A stretch of 64,000 nt of DNA from Candidatus Moraniibacteriota bacterium (GTDB lineage Bacteria > Patescibacteriota > Minisyncoccia > Moranbacterales > GWC2-37-73): the NCBI GenBank assembly GCA_035390125.1, contig DAOOTD010000001.1, forward strand, positions 241,936 through 305,935, written 5' to 3'. The notes under the pieces were generated by a model, which ran no database searches, was not told the DNA's origin, and saw only the letters and a list, made by a program, of their open reading frames with translations. Position numbers and translations under genes: made by a program. This document shows positions 10,276 through 19,767 of this stretch, in pieces. Position 1 is the first letter of the stretch. Every line of letters begins with the position of its first letter.

Positions 10276-10340
10276 AAAGGCTTTCCTAAAGGAAATATTT
10301 GCTTTTAAACTTATTGTGTTTTTTGTTTTTACCTTATTTT

Positions 10341-10369
10341 ATAATAAGGCAAGCTAACCTTAATGTCAA
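10341..10369 (-). promoter_or_regulatory. sigma70-like promoter for the mreBCD-mrdA operon
   Basis: The minus strand reads TTGACA, a 17-nt spacer, then TATTAT, about 60 nt upstream of the mreB start. Confidence 0.45.
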
Positions 10370-10378
10370 AAAATGAAG

Positions 10379-11395
10379 CTATAAACCAAATTTAAGTTTA
10401 TTAGCAACATGCTGTTCAAAAGTGGCTGAATAAACTGTATTTTTTGGATTTTTTGGATCAGTTAAGAAATAATTATAATTTGTCTTTTCGGGATTAAGAG
10501 TTGCATGTATAGTATTTATGCCAGGATTAGATATAGGACCTGGAGGCAAACCCTTGTATTTATAGGTATTGTATGGCGATTCAACTTGTGTATCTTCATA
10601 TGTATATTGAGCCTTATTTACACCTAAAATATAGGCTAGAGTGGCACAAGACTGAAGATTACGACCATCGGCAATTCTTTTCCAAAATATGCCTGAAACT
10701 ATTTTGAAATCTTCAATTGTGCTGACTTCTTTTTCTATTATACTTGCCATGGTCAATATTTGAAAGATAGATTTTTTTTGAATAGCGATTTCATTTTTTA
10801 TATCATCATTCATTTTTAATTCGGTATTATTTAAAATCTTTTTTAAAATACCTTCTGGAGTAGCATCTTTTGAAAAATTATAAGTGTCAGGAAAAAGATA
10901 TCCTTCCAGCGAAGCGCTTTCAGGTTTATCTGAAAAAATAGAAAACTGGGAAATGATATCTTTAGGAGGATCATTTACTAAGTTTAAAAAAGCTTTTCCA
11001 TTAAAACCTTTTTCGTCCAAGCGATTGGCCATTTGTTTTGCTGTCCAACCCTCAGGAAAGGTTACGCTCACGAAGGCCTTCTGCGGATTAGTTATTAAAG
11101 TAGCAACTTCTGGAATTGTAAGATTTCCACTTAATAAATATGCTCCTGGATAAATTTTGTTCATTAGATTATGCGACTTAAGATAGAGCCAGAAATATAT
11201 TTTATTGGAAATAATTCCTTCTGATTTAAGATTTTTTGCTATAGCAGTATTACCTTCCCCTTTTTCTATATTAAATATTTTATTTGAATTTCTTGTTCCA
11301 TGAGAAAAATATATTTGATTATAAATATAAAAAAAAGTTCCTATAATGGCTACAGCAATGATAAATATTATGATTATTTTTTTTCCTAATCTCAT
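10379..11395 (-). CDS. mltG: endolytic murein transglycosylase MltG (YceG family)
   Basis: N-terminal TM; YceG-like block ...IASIIEKEV...LQSCATLAYILG...YNTYKYKGLPPGPISNPG. Confidence 0.8.
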   Translation of the reverse strand: MRLGKKIIIIFIIAVAIIGTFFYIYNQIYFSHGTRNSNKIFNIEKGEGNTAIAKNLKSEGIISNKIYFWLYLKSHNLMNKIYPGAYLLSGNLTIPEVATLITNPQKAFVSVTFPEGWTAKQMANRLDEKGFNGKAFLNLVNDPPKDIISQFSIFSDKPESASLEGYLFPDTYNFSKDATPEGILKKILNNTELKMNDDIKNEIAIQKKSIFQILTMASIIEKEVSTIEDFKIVSGIFWKRIADGRNLQSCATLAYILGVNKAQYTYEDTQVESPYNTYKYKGLPPGPISNPGINTIHATLNPEKTNYNYFLTDPKNPKNTVYSATFEQHVANKLKFGL

Positions 11396-11407
11396 TTAGT
11401 TTGTTTA

Positions 11408-12034
11408 TTAATTATTTTCGTCATAAATAAATGGTACAAAAGAAAAACCCGGATATTTTTCTATATAAATATCATCTTCCCCCCTCTTTTCAACATACCA
11501 AACTGAATTCCTTACTGGAATAACCATCTTACCTCCTATGGATAATTGTTTTTCAAATACTGGGGGAATTTCATCAACTGAAGCACTAACCAGAATCCTG
11601 TCATAAGGAGCATTTTTTTCAAATCCATTTTTTGCCGATTCACAGTAAACCTCCGCTATTCCTTTTTTAATGAAACCAAATTTATTAATATTCTTCTTCC
11701 CAATTTCGCATAAATCTTTTATTTTTTCCATTGCCGTCACCCTCCCTTTTTCTCCCACAATATGGGCTAAAAGTCCTGTTGTCCAGCCTGAACCACTTCC
11801 AACATCCAATATGTTTTGTCCGCGTTTCGGATCTAAAAGTTCAAGCATGAAAGCAACTGTCAGTGGCTGAGATATTGTCTGTCCGCATCCTATGGGCAAA
11901 GGTATGTTTGCATCCGACTGAGAAGAAAGGTCTTCTGGAACAAACTCAATCCTGTGCACATTAGAAAAGGCATCAATAATATCATCATTGCGCAAGTATC
12001 CGTTTTTTATTAAATCATTAACAAGGCGACTCAT
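11408..12034 (-). CDS. pcm: protein-L-isoaspartate O-methyltransferase
   Basis: GCGQTISQP...ILDVGSGSGWTT, the PCMT motifs I and post-I. Confidence 0.8.
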   Translation of the reverse strand: MSRLVNDLIKNGYLRNDDIIDAFSNVHRIEFVPEDLSSQSDANIPLPIGCGQTISQPLTVAFMLELLDPKRGQNILDVGSGSGWTTGLLAHIVGEKGRVTAMEKIKDLCEIGKKNINKFGFIKKGIAEVYCESAKNGFEKNAPYDRILVSASVDEIPPVFEKQLSIGGKMVIPVRNSVWYVEKRGEDDIYIEKYPGFSFVPFIYDENN

Positions 12035-12086
12035 AGAAATTTCTAATAATTTTTTAAAATTATGAGATTTTAAAATATGTATTTAA

Positions 12087-12530
12087 CTATATTCCTATTA
12101 CTTGCACTATAACATCGCGCTTTCTAGAACCATCGAATTCAACCGCAAAAATACTTTGATTTTTACCAATTGTAAGTTTGCCTCTTTCGATAGGAATTGT
12201 CTGACTAACTCCTGTTAAAAATGATTTGCAATGCGAGTGTCCATTACTCCTGCCGTCTGAATGCGAAGCCTTACGCAACTCAAATAAATCATGCGAATAT
12301 TGGTCATCAACTGGAGCAAGTTTATATAATACCTTCATGAAATCCTGCATAAGCATAGGTTCGTTATGATTAATAACAATGCCCATAGTAGTATGCGGAG
12401 CAAAAACAATCGCACATCCCTCTCGGACTCTTGAATCATCGATAATTTTTTGAATTTGTTCAGTTAAATCAAAAAATTCTACTTGGCTTTTGCTTTCCAG
12501 ATCAATTTTTTGTTTGTATATTTTTTCCAT
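12087..12530 (-). CDS. yjbQ: YjbQ/UPF0047 family protein (secondary thiamine-phosphate synthase-like)
   Basis: APHTTMGIVINHNEP...GHSHCKSFLTGVSQTIPIERGKL...EFDG, the characteristic YjbQ pattern. Confidence 0.75.
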   Translation of the reverse strand: MEKIYKQKIDLESKSQVEFFDLTEQIQKIIDDSRVREGCAIVFAPHTTMGIVINHNEPMLMQDFMKVLYKLAPVDDQYSHDLFELRKASHSDGRSNGHSHCKSFLTGVSQTIPIERGKLTIGKNQSIFAVEFDGSRKRDVIVQVIGI

Positions 12531-12620
12531 AAATTTTTTTATATTAATTTAAAAAATTACTTATTTTTGTCGTATATTTCATTTTTATTTTACTACAATT
12601 ATTGTTTTATACAAATGTGA

Positions 12621-13547
12621 TTAACTTTTATTTTCAGTAAGTTTCATTTTTTTATAAACACTTCCAGCTGCAACTGCACCTTCAGCTACTGCTGTAGCAA
12701 TTTGGCGAAATTTATTTGAACCTGTTGTGACATCTCCTGCTGCATAAACATGTTCAAGATTTGTGCTCTGATCAGATTTTACAATTATATAATCATGTTC
12801 ATCAGTTTTAACCCCTAATTCCTTAGCAACTACAACCCCAGGCGCAGAACCTATTTCTATAAAAATACCCTGCGTCTCGATTTCTTTTTTTTCTCCATTT
12901 TTTGTTGTATATGATAGTCCAGAAACTTTTTCATCTCCCAATATCTTTTCAATCTCGCTGAAAGATTCTTCTTTTATTTTTTCGTTACTCTTTATTTTTT
13001 CTTCCCAAGCTGGTTCAAAACATTTTGTCCCTTCTTTGTATAAAAGATGTACGGAATTCGCAAATTCAGCCAGATGAAGCGAGGCCGTGGCTGCGCTGTC
13101 GCCTCCACCTATGACAGCCACATCTTTATTTTTGAAAAACATTGCATCACAGATTGCACAATAGGAAATACCTCTGCCAATAAATTTTTCTTCATTTTCA
13201 ATATCAAGCTTTCTTGGATTCATACCAAGCGCAAATATAATGGATTTGCATTCATATTTTTTGTCTTCGCCAATAAAAACAGCAAACCCGCCAGGAACAT
13301 TATCAATGTTTTCCACTGTCGCAGATATTATTTCTCCTCCCAGAGCTGTTGCTTGTTTTTTAAAGCGTTCTGTTAATTCCTGTCCTGAAATTGATTCAAA
13401 ACCAGGATAATTTTCTATCTGCCAAGCTTTTGTAATCTGTCCTCCGATTTCAGCTCCTATAACAAGATGTTTAATTTTATAACGAGATGCATAGATAGAA
13501 GCTCCTAGCCCTGCTGGACCTGCGCCGATAATAATAAGATCGTACAT
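12621..13547 (-). CDS. trxB: thioredoxin-disulfide reductase
   Basis: IIIGAGPAG FAD motif; CAICD redox-active disulfide; GGGDSA NADPH motif. Confidence 0.9.
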   Translation of the reverse strand: MYDLIIIGAGPAGLGASIYASRYKIKHLVIGAEIGGQITKAWQIENYPGFESISGQELTERFKKQATALGGEIISATVENIDNVPGGFAVFIGEDKKYECKSIIFALGMNPRKLDIENEEKFIGRGISYCAICDAMFFKNKDVAVIGGGDSAATASLHLAEFANSVHLLYKEGTKCFEPAWEEKIKSNEKIKEESFSEIEKILGDEKVSGLSYTTKNGEKKEIETQGIFIEIGSAPGVVVAKELGVKTDEHDYIIVKSDQSTNLEHVYAAGDVTTGSNKFRQIATAVAEGAVAAGSVYKKMKLTENKS

Positions 13548-13626
13548 AATTTTATATTGCCTTTTTTAATATTTATCATTGTTTAGTAATTATAGTATAA
13601 ATATGTTTTTAAACAAAATTTTAAAA

Positions 13627-13655
13627 AGCCTCGGAAAAATCCAAGGCTATTTTTA
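13627..13655. terminator. hairpin terminator between trxA and trxB
   Basis: AGCCTCGG-aaaaat-CCAAGGCT with T/A runs on both sides. Confidence 0.4.
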
Positions 13656-13669
13656 AAAATTTTCCTCTT

Positions 13670-13987
13670 TTACATTAAACTTTCCAGCTCTTTCTTGAGT
13701 ATTTCTTTATTTTGCACGCCCGAAAATTCTTTTATAATTTTTCCGTTTTTGAATATTTTAAGAGAAGGAATAGACATAACTTCAAACTTTGAAGCAGCTT
13801 CTCCGTTTTCATCCACATTACATTTGCCTATTCTAATTTTTCCTTCCATCTCCTTGGCTAGTTCATCTATAATTGGTCCCATTATCTGACAAGGTCCGCA
13901 CCAGGACGCCCAAAAGTCAACTAAAGTCACCTTGTCGTTTTTTATAACCTCCTGTTCAAAATTTTCATCAGTAAATTCTATAGCCAT
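13670..13987 (-). CDS. trxA: thioredoxin
   Basis: WASWCGPCQ active site. The tracked ORF starts 15 codons earlier, but MAIEFTDENF is the likely true start. Confidence 0.85.
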   Translation of the reverse strand: MAIEFTDENFEQEVIKNDKVTLVDFWASWCGPCQIMGPIIDELAKEMEGKIRIGKCNVDENGEAASKFEVMSIPSLKIFKNGKIIKEFSGVQNKEILKKELESLM

Positions 13988-14116
13988 ATAACTTAAATGA
14001 TAAGCCTTGATAACCTTCATGAAAAAGATCACCCTGCTTATTTTTATTAATTATTATATTAATGTCCTTTTATAAATAACTAACAATTATTAGCATTAAT
14101 AAAAAATTATCTTTAT

Positions 14117-14833
14117 TTATTTACCCAACCTTCTGCCGCGACTCAGGAAATCATTGATAGCTATTTCGAACTCTTCTATTCCAAAATCAGGATAATATTT
14201 TTCTGAAAAATAAAGCTGAGCATTAGCGGTGTCCCACATCATAAAACCGGCACTTAAATGAGGCTCACCGCCAGTACGAATCATAAAATCAACAGCCGGC
14301 AAAGATTTGGTCATAAGATTTTCCTTTATCGTATCTGCAGAGATAGCTTCTGCTGGAATCTCCTTATTAATAATCTGTTTTATAGCACTAGCCATTTCAT
14401 CATCACCACTGTAAGCCAGAAAAAAATTAAGAACATTCTGGGAATAGTTTTTAGTCGCTTCAAGGCAATCATATAAAACTTTTTTCAAAGAATCCGGAAA
14501 CTGTTCTTCCCAATGGCCAATAAAATTTATTTTTACCTGATGTTTATGAATATCTTCACTTTTGAGCAACTTAGTAAAATGCTCTTCATAAATGCGCAAT
14601 AATTCCCGGCTTTCTTCTATTGGACGCTTTTTGAGGTTTTCCAGAGATGAACCCCAAACAGAAAAACATTTTATCCCAAGATCAAGGGCCTTGCGCAAAA
14701 GTTTTTCAGTATTTTCTGCTCCAGCTTCATGCCCTTTCCAAGGTTTAAGGCCGTGTTCTTTCGCCCAACGGCGGTTTCCATCAGGAATAATAACAACATG
14801 ATTTGGTAAACTATTTTTTCCATTATTTAGCAT
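14117..14833 (-). CDS. uppS: undecaprenyl diphosphate synthase (cis-prenyltransferase)
   Basis: VVIIPDGNRRWAKEHGL; ...RTGGEPHLS. Confidence 0.9.
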   Translation of the reverse strand: MLNNGKNSLPNHVVIIPDGNRRWAKEHGLKPWKGHEAGAENTEKLLRKALDLGIKCFSVWGSSLENLKKRPIEESRELLRIYEEHFTKLLKSEDIHKHQVKINFIGHWEEQFPDSLKKVLYDCLEATKNYSQNVLNFFLAYSGDDEMASAIKQIINKEIPAEAISADTIKENLMTKSLPAVDFMIRTGGEPHLSAGFMMWDTANAQLYFSEKYYPDFGIEEFEIAINDFLSRGRRLGK

Positions 14834-14917
14834 TGCGATACTATAAAAAATTACTTTTTTGGTTAAATTAAAAAAGTTTCATCAACTTTTAAATTATACC
14901 ATGATTATAATATTTGA

Positions 14918-15988
14918 TTAAGCTTCCCTATTTTCTAAATATTCCACTAATCCTGTCAGAAAATTTTTAGCTTCAGGAAAAAAAGCCATCTTTTTTATTT
15001 CCCTTTTTCCTTTTGCCAAATAGCCTGCTGACATTTCTTGAGCATATTCAAGCGCCCCTGTATTTTTCAAGATGTCCTGAAAAACCATAACTTCTTTACT
15101 GGTTATACCCTTTTTGCCTAAAATAAAGTCCAACTGCTTTTTTTGCCTGATATTTAACCACTTATAAGCCCTGATAACCATGATAGATTTTTTTCCTTCT
15201 TCTATATCTGATACGGATAATTTACCTGTTTTTTTCTTATTTCCAAAAACTCCCAGAATGTCATCCTGAATCTGAAAAGCAATTCCTACATTAATGGCAT
15301 ATCGACTCAAACACTGCATTAATTTCTTATTATTTTTGCCAGCTAATATTACACCCATACATAAGGGATTTTCAAAAGTATAGCGAGCTGTTTTATTGGC
15401 ATACATAGCTAAAACTTCTTTTTCGGTAGCTTTTTTCCCCTGTGCAATTTTAACATCCTGTGATTGCCCAACTATTGTAGTTTCTACTATTTTCTGCATT
15501 TTTATCAAAGATTGTAATGTTGTCTTAATGTCAAATCCAGCTTCTAAAATTATTTTGTTGGCCATTGCATAAAGCATGTCACCGGCAATAATGGCGATTG
15601 AATTTCCAAAATGCTGTGCTTCTTCTGCGGGCATATTTTTTTGCTTTTTGCCAGCAAAGAAAGTTTGCAAAGTTTTTTCTCCGTGCCGCAATAGTCCCTT
15701 ATCCATGATATCGTCATGGACAAGAAAAAACATGTGCAATAATTCTGCAGCTGCAGCAGTTTTTATTATTCTTTTCTTATTTTTACCGCCTGCCCCAAAA
15801 TAAGCCTGGCACAAAAGCGCTCCGCGGATTCTCTTTCCTCCGGCTAAAGTTATTTTTTTAATTTGTTCTAGGGCTTCAGCGATAAGCACATCCTCTTTCC
15901 GCACATTTTTAATAAGACCATTAAATTGAAGTTTTAATTCATCGTCTATTTCTTTTTTCAGTTTTATTAAAGTTTCTTTAAAGTTCAT
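14918..15988 (-). CDS. trans-polyprenyl diphosphate synthase (FPP/GGPP/longer chain)
   Basis: Two aspartate-rich motifs: FFLVHDDIMD and FQIQDDILGVFG. Confidence 0.8.
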   Translation of the reverse strand: MNFKETLIKLKKEIDDELKLQFNGLIKNVRKEDVLIAEALEQIKKITLAGGKRIRGALLCQAYFGAGGKNKKRIIKTAAAAELLHMFFLVHDDIMDKGLLRHGEKTLQTFFAGKKQKNMPAEEAQHFGNSIAIIAGDMLYAMANKIILEAGFDIKTTLQSLIKMQKIVETTIVGQSQDVKIAQGKKATEKEVLAMYANKTARYTFENPLCMGVILAGKNNKKLMQCLSRYAINVGIAFQIQDDILGVFGNKKKTGKLSVSDIEEGKKSIMVIRAYKWLNIRQKKQLDFILGKKGITSKEVMVFQDILKNTGALEYAQEMSAGYLAKGKREIKKMAFFPEAKNFLTGLVEYLENREA

Positions 15989-16112
15989 AAAACTTTTTTA
16001 TTTTCACTTTCCTATTATCCCAATTATCGAAAAGCAAGTCAATAATAAATAAAAAAGCAGGAATTAAATCTATTCAGATAACCCTGCTCTTTTTCATGGT
16101 ATAATGCATTTT

Positions 16113-16670
16113 TTAATGCTTGTATTTACTGGGCGTTTCTGATGAAATGTGAGCCATTTCCTCAGACCTTTCTCCTTCCGACCCAACTATTTCAATAATT
16201 GCAAATGATCCACCCGACAAGGCTTTCTCTATCTGGCATTTAGCACAATCGCATTCTGCGCCCCCATTTTCTGCCATCTTGAAAATTCTGAAACCACTTC
16301 TGAGAATAATTTTAGTCCCTTTTTCCCAGAATCCGGTTCTTGTCCTGAATGAATTCCAGAGAATTGACTTTACCAAAATAACCGTCTCCATCTTTGTTTC
16401 TATTTCTTTTATCCTTGCTTTTAACCTCCATGAATCTCCTTGATAATTTTCAAGAGATTTTAAAATTTTCTCCGCTTCATCTGAAATTTTTGTCATGTAA
16501 GTTAATAAAGCCTTTTCATAATCACTTAATATTCCAAGCTGGACATCCCCCTCTTCTGGATGAAATTTAACATCTACGAAATCTCCACTTTTAAGTATTT
16601 TAAAAACTTCTAAGAGAAAATTTCCTTCTAAAGCCTTAGCTATTATTCCTTTTTTATTATCTCCTTTCAA
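16113..16670 (-). CDS. hypothetical protein (185 aa) with C-terminal CxC...CxxC cluster; first gene of GC-richer island
   Basis: ORF reading ...AENGGAECDCAKCQ.... No family recognised. Confidence 0.4.
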   Translation of the reverse strand: MKGDNKKGIIAKALEGNFLLEVFKILKSGDFVDVKFHPEEGDVQLGILSDYEKALLTYMTKISDEAEKILKSLENYQGDSWRLKARIKEIETKMETVILVKSILWNSFRTRTGFWEKGTKIILRSGFRIFKMAENGGAECDCAKCQIEKALSGGSFAIIEIVGSEGERSEEMAHISSETPSKYKH

Positions 16671-16798
16671 AGTACACCTCCTTTATATCTTGTATATTTA
16701 GGTTTTTAACCCAATCTTCTGATTATACATAAAACACAAAAAAAGTCAACCACCGACTAGTATTATTATAATTTTCTTTATATAGTCAAATAAAAAAT

Positions 16799-17398
16799 TT
16801 AGTGCTTATTTTTTATGTGTCCCTTAGTCGGCCCATCAAGCATAATTTTAAAATCTGCTGAAGTATAAGCACACCCTGGTTTTGGCCATTCATCATAATC
16901 AGCACAGCAGTCTTCGTCCATGTGATTCTTATTTTTTCTTGAGCTCCATCCCGGCTTGTCTTTTTCAGCGGGACAATGGGTACCTTTTTTAATATAATCT
17001 GACCTATTATTTTTGGGAGCAGAATTTATTGATTGATGATTGGCATTTTGGGATAATTTTCTTGCAGAATTTTCTTTTTCAATAGCCTCTCTTAATTCTA
17101 TGATTCTATCCGGTTTTTTATTAAACAGTATCTTATCATCACTTTTATGTATAATATTATACTTCTTTGGATTATTGCCATATGTTATATAAGGAACAGA
17201 ATACATATTTACTGTTTCATTTTTTACTGTTTTTTCTCCAATAATAACCTCCTGAAAATATTTCTCGGCCTGATTTAATGTCGTCACTGTTTTGACGCCT
17301 TCAATAAAATTTTCCTCAGCGAATGAAACATCAGACACTAAAAATCCTGCAAAAACACATGAAGTAATCAAAGAATATCTGAAAATACCATTTCGCAT
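16799..17398 (-). CDS. secreted hypothetical protein with Cys-rich C-terminus
   Basis: Signal-peptide-like N-terminus (MRNGIFRYSLITSCVFAGFLVSDVSFA) and a C-terminal cysteine cluster (...HCPAEKDKPGW...DEDCCADYDEWPKPGCAY). Confidence 0.45.
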   Translation of the reverse strand: MRNGIFRYSLITSCVFAGFLVSDVSFAEENFIEGVKTVTTLNQAEKYFQEVIIGEKTVKNETVNMYSVPYITYGNNPKKYNIIHKSDDKILFNKKPDRIIELREAIEKENSARKLSQNANHQSINSAPKNNRSDYIKKGTHCPAEKDKPGWSSRKNKNHMDEDCCADYDEWPKPGCAYTSADFKIMLDGPTKGHIKNKH

Positions 17399-17477
17399 AT
17401 ATTGTAATAGATATGATTATTTTTATATTCTCCTAAAATATACATTATAATACATATTTGGCAATAAATTATTTTAA

Positions 17478-17503
17478 TAAGATAAAGCCCTATTGATTGC
17501 TCA
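17478..17503 (-). terminator. rho-independent terminator after the repeat-protein gene
   Basis: Perfect 11-bp stem AGCCCTATTGA / TCAATAGGGCT with loop TTGC, followed by a T-rich stretch on the minus strand. Confidence 0.6.
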
Positions 17504-17557
17504 ATAGGGCTCATGTTCTGATTTACAGAAAGTTTTCTTTTGTACATTTGCGGCTTA

Positions 17558-18817
17558 TTACTGTTGTACATTTATATTTTTGTAGCAGACTAATGCTATC
17601 ATTCTGAATTCGCTATTCAGATCTTTGTGGAATTTTTTAATTATTTCAGGAGGAATATTTTTCATGATTGATGGCATTATTTCACGGCAATGAGCCAGCA
17701 CCATGCCTTTGAAATCTTCCGGACAATCATTAAAACGATCACTTAACTCATCAATGGATATAATCGTCTTTAAAACATTACTGTATTGGTTTCCGATAAG
17801 CCCATTGAATGTTTCGTCACAATTGTCAAATAAATCTTGAAGTTTTTTCAGTGATGTTTCTTTTTTGATCAACTGGAGAGCATAATGAGCATACAATGGC
17901 ACAAAATGTTCTTCACATTCTTCATGAAGATTATCCAGCTGTTCAAAGGACTCGATTTTACTCAACAATTTGTCGTATGGATCAAAATAGAAATCTTCGA
18001 ATTCTTCCGGACAGTCATTGAAATGTCTTTCGAGATCTTCAATTGATTCAACCGTATATAATAATTTCTGATACGGCCCCTGGAAAAGATCATTGAAAGC
18101 ATCAGGACAATTTCCACGTCGTTCTTCAAGTTCTTCAAACGAAGTGATAGCATCCAAAAGTTCTCCGTAGCGCTGCTTGATAAGTTCATCGAATTGATCC
18201 TGGCCAAGACAATTTCCGTATTTCTCTTCCAGCTCTTCAAGAGAAGCTTCTTTCAGAAATTGCGGAAAAAGTTCCTTATACCTAGAAGTAATGGCTTCGT
18301 CAAATTCTTCAGGACAATTTTCATATCTATCTTCCAGTTCTTCCAAAGAAACTTCTTTCAAAAGTCGTCCATAAAATTCTTTAATAAGTTCATTAAATCT
18401 ACCTGGATTAAGACCATTTCCAAACTCGTCTTCCAGCTCTTCCAGAGAGGCTTCTTGTAGAAATCGGGGGAAAAGGTCTTCATATCGAGCAATAATGATA
18501 TCCTGAAAATTATCAAAATTCATGCTGTTGGCCTCTTTCACCTGTTCAATATCATTGATAACTGAAAGAAGTTCTTTTAGGCGAACACCGATAAGAAACT
18601 TAAATTGCTGGGGACATTTATCGTTTTGCCGACTAAGTTCTTCAAGATCCTGAATGTTAGCCAGAATATCCTTGAACCCATATTCTGATATTGGCTCATT
18701 TGATTTGGATGATGAAATCGGATTTTTTGTAATCGTTTTTGAGATTGGTTCATCAACAAAAAGATTCTCCCACCAGTTGTCCAGCCGCTCCAATAATCTT
18801 ATTAATGCTTTTAACAT
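17558..18817 (-). CDS. acidic tandem-repeat protein (about 10 repeats of 32-35 aa, each with one conserved Cys)
   Basis: Repeat consensus roughly S-[LI]-EELE-[DE]-x-[FY]-x-[ND]-C-P-[ED]-[ED]-F-x3-[IL]-x2-[RQ]-Y-x-[EK]-L-[FL]-P-x-F-L-K-EA. Examples: NCPEEF, NCPDAF, DCPEEF, NCDETF, DCPEDF, KCPQQF. Confidence 0.6.
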   Translation of the reverse strand: MLKALIRLLERLDNWWENLFVDEPISKTITKNPISSSKSNEPISEYGFKDILANIQDLEELSRQNDKCPQQFKFLIGVRLKELLSVINDIEQVKEANSMNFDNFQDIIIARYEDLFPRFLQEASLEELEDEFGNGLNPGRFNELIKEFYGRLLKEVSLEELEDRYENCPEEFDEAITSRYKELFPQFLKEASLEELEEKYGNCLGQDQFDELIKQRYGELLDAITSFEELEERRGNCPDAFNDLFQGPYQKLLYTVESIEDLERHFNDCPEEFEDFYFDPYDKLLSKIESFEQLDNLHEECEEHFVPLYAHYALQLIKKETSLKKLQDLFDNCDETFNGLIGNQYSNVLKTIISIDELSDRFNDCPEDFKGMVLAHCREIMPSIMKNIPPEIIKKFHKDLNSEFRMIALVCYKNINVQQ

Positions 18818-18953
18818 ATCTATATCCTGCCTCCTTTAAATGGTTTATTTTTTAGCTTGTAAAATAACTTTTGAACAATTTACTGTATCAAATTATTATT
18901 TATTTGTCAATTGTCCATAAATTGTTCATATATAACGTATCTAAATAAAGAAA

Positions 18954-18985
18954 AAGGGTCCTGTAGTTTTCTACAAGACCCTGCC
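18954..18985 (-). terminator. terminator after hypothetical gene 19013-19672
   Basis: GGGTCCTGTAG-ttttc-CTACAAGACCC with one mismatch. The minus strand follows with TTTTTCTTTATTT. Confidence 0.5.
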
Positions 18986-19012
18986 TAATAATTTTTAGTT
19001 TACTTGAATTCC

Positions 19013-19672
19013 CTATGCCGACACTTCTTCAAACACTGCCTTGGTGTGTTCAGCGTTAGCGAATTTAGCATAAAAAAGACGAACATTCACGGTGCCTTTG
19101 GTCAGACTGAGTAAGGTTTTCGCCACCTTACCCAAATCAATCTTGTGCCGATTTACCATATTTCCGGCTACGCGCAGGAATTGATTTCCTATAATATCTT
19201 TCATGCTCTCGTACTTTTTGCAATCCTCATGGTTTATAAGGACAATAAGCTTAATCGAGTCATGTTTACTTAAAAACAGACTGATTATATCACTTACTAC
19301 CTTAAACTCTTTGGGGAAAGTTTCGCGTTCGGAAAATGAAGCGGCCGCACCAGGTATGACTACCGGAATATATTGTCCTGATGCCAATCCCAATTCATTG
19401 TGGATAAATTGATCAAAGGCGTTTTGGAAACGCGGATCATTACAATGAATTACGATTGCTTCCGGATGACTTATGTTTAAGTCATATTCCTTGACCACTG
19501 ACTGCATTTGTTCTTCATTCCTACCCTTACCGGACAAATTTGAATCACCATTGATTCCGCTTTCTAATGCTTTATTGTTTGCCTGTTGCCGGTTATTTTC
19601 TTTCCTATCGGGGAAAGGTATTGGCTTTTTTTCTAATGAGATACCACTTTTCCCTTTTTGATTTTTATCCAT
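19013..19672 (-). CDS. hypothetical protein (219 aa), third gene of the NfeD-flotillin operon
   Basis: Low-complexity N-terminus, then a conserved-looking core ...AIVIHCNDPRF...YIPVVIPGAAASF.... No family recognised. Confidence 0.45.
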   Translation of the reverse strand: MDKNQKGKSGISLEKKPIPFPDRKENNRQQANNKALESGINGDSNLSGKGRNEEQMQSVVKEYDLNISHPEAIVIHCNDPRFQNAFDQFIHNELGLASGQYIPVVIPGAAASFSERETFPKEFKVVSDIISLFLSKHDSIKLIVLINHEDCKKYESMKDIIGNQFLRVAGNMVNRHKIDLGKVAKTLLSLTKGTVNVRLFYAKFANAEHTKAVFEEVSA

Positions 19673-19767
19673 TTAACCCTCCTATTTCTTGATAGTAAAG
19701 TGCACGGGAACAGATTCGCCCCCGTGCACAAATTTCATCATCACGCCCTATCGAGCGTTATGATTTT

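Noticed and set aside
10291-10312. Small TTTCC-TTTA-GGAAA hairpin in the mreB leader as a terminator
   Set aside because: Only a 5-bp stem, located downstream of the mreB promoter -10 element. More likely incidental or a leader structure.
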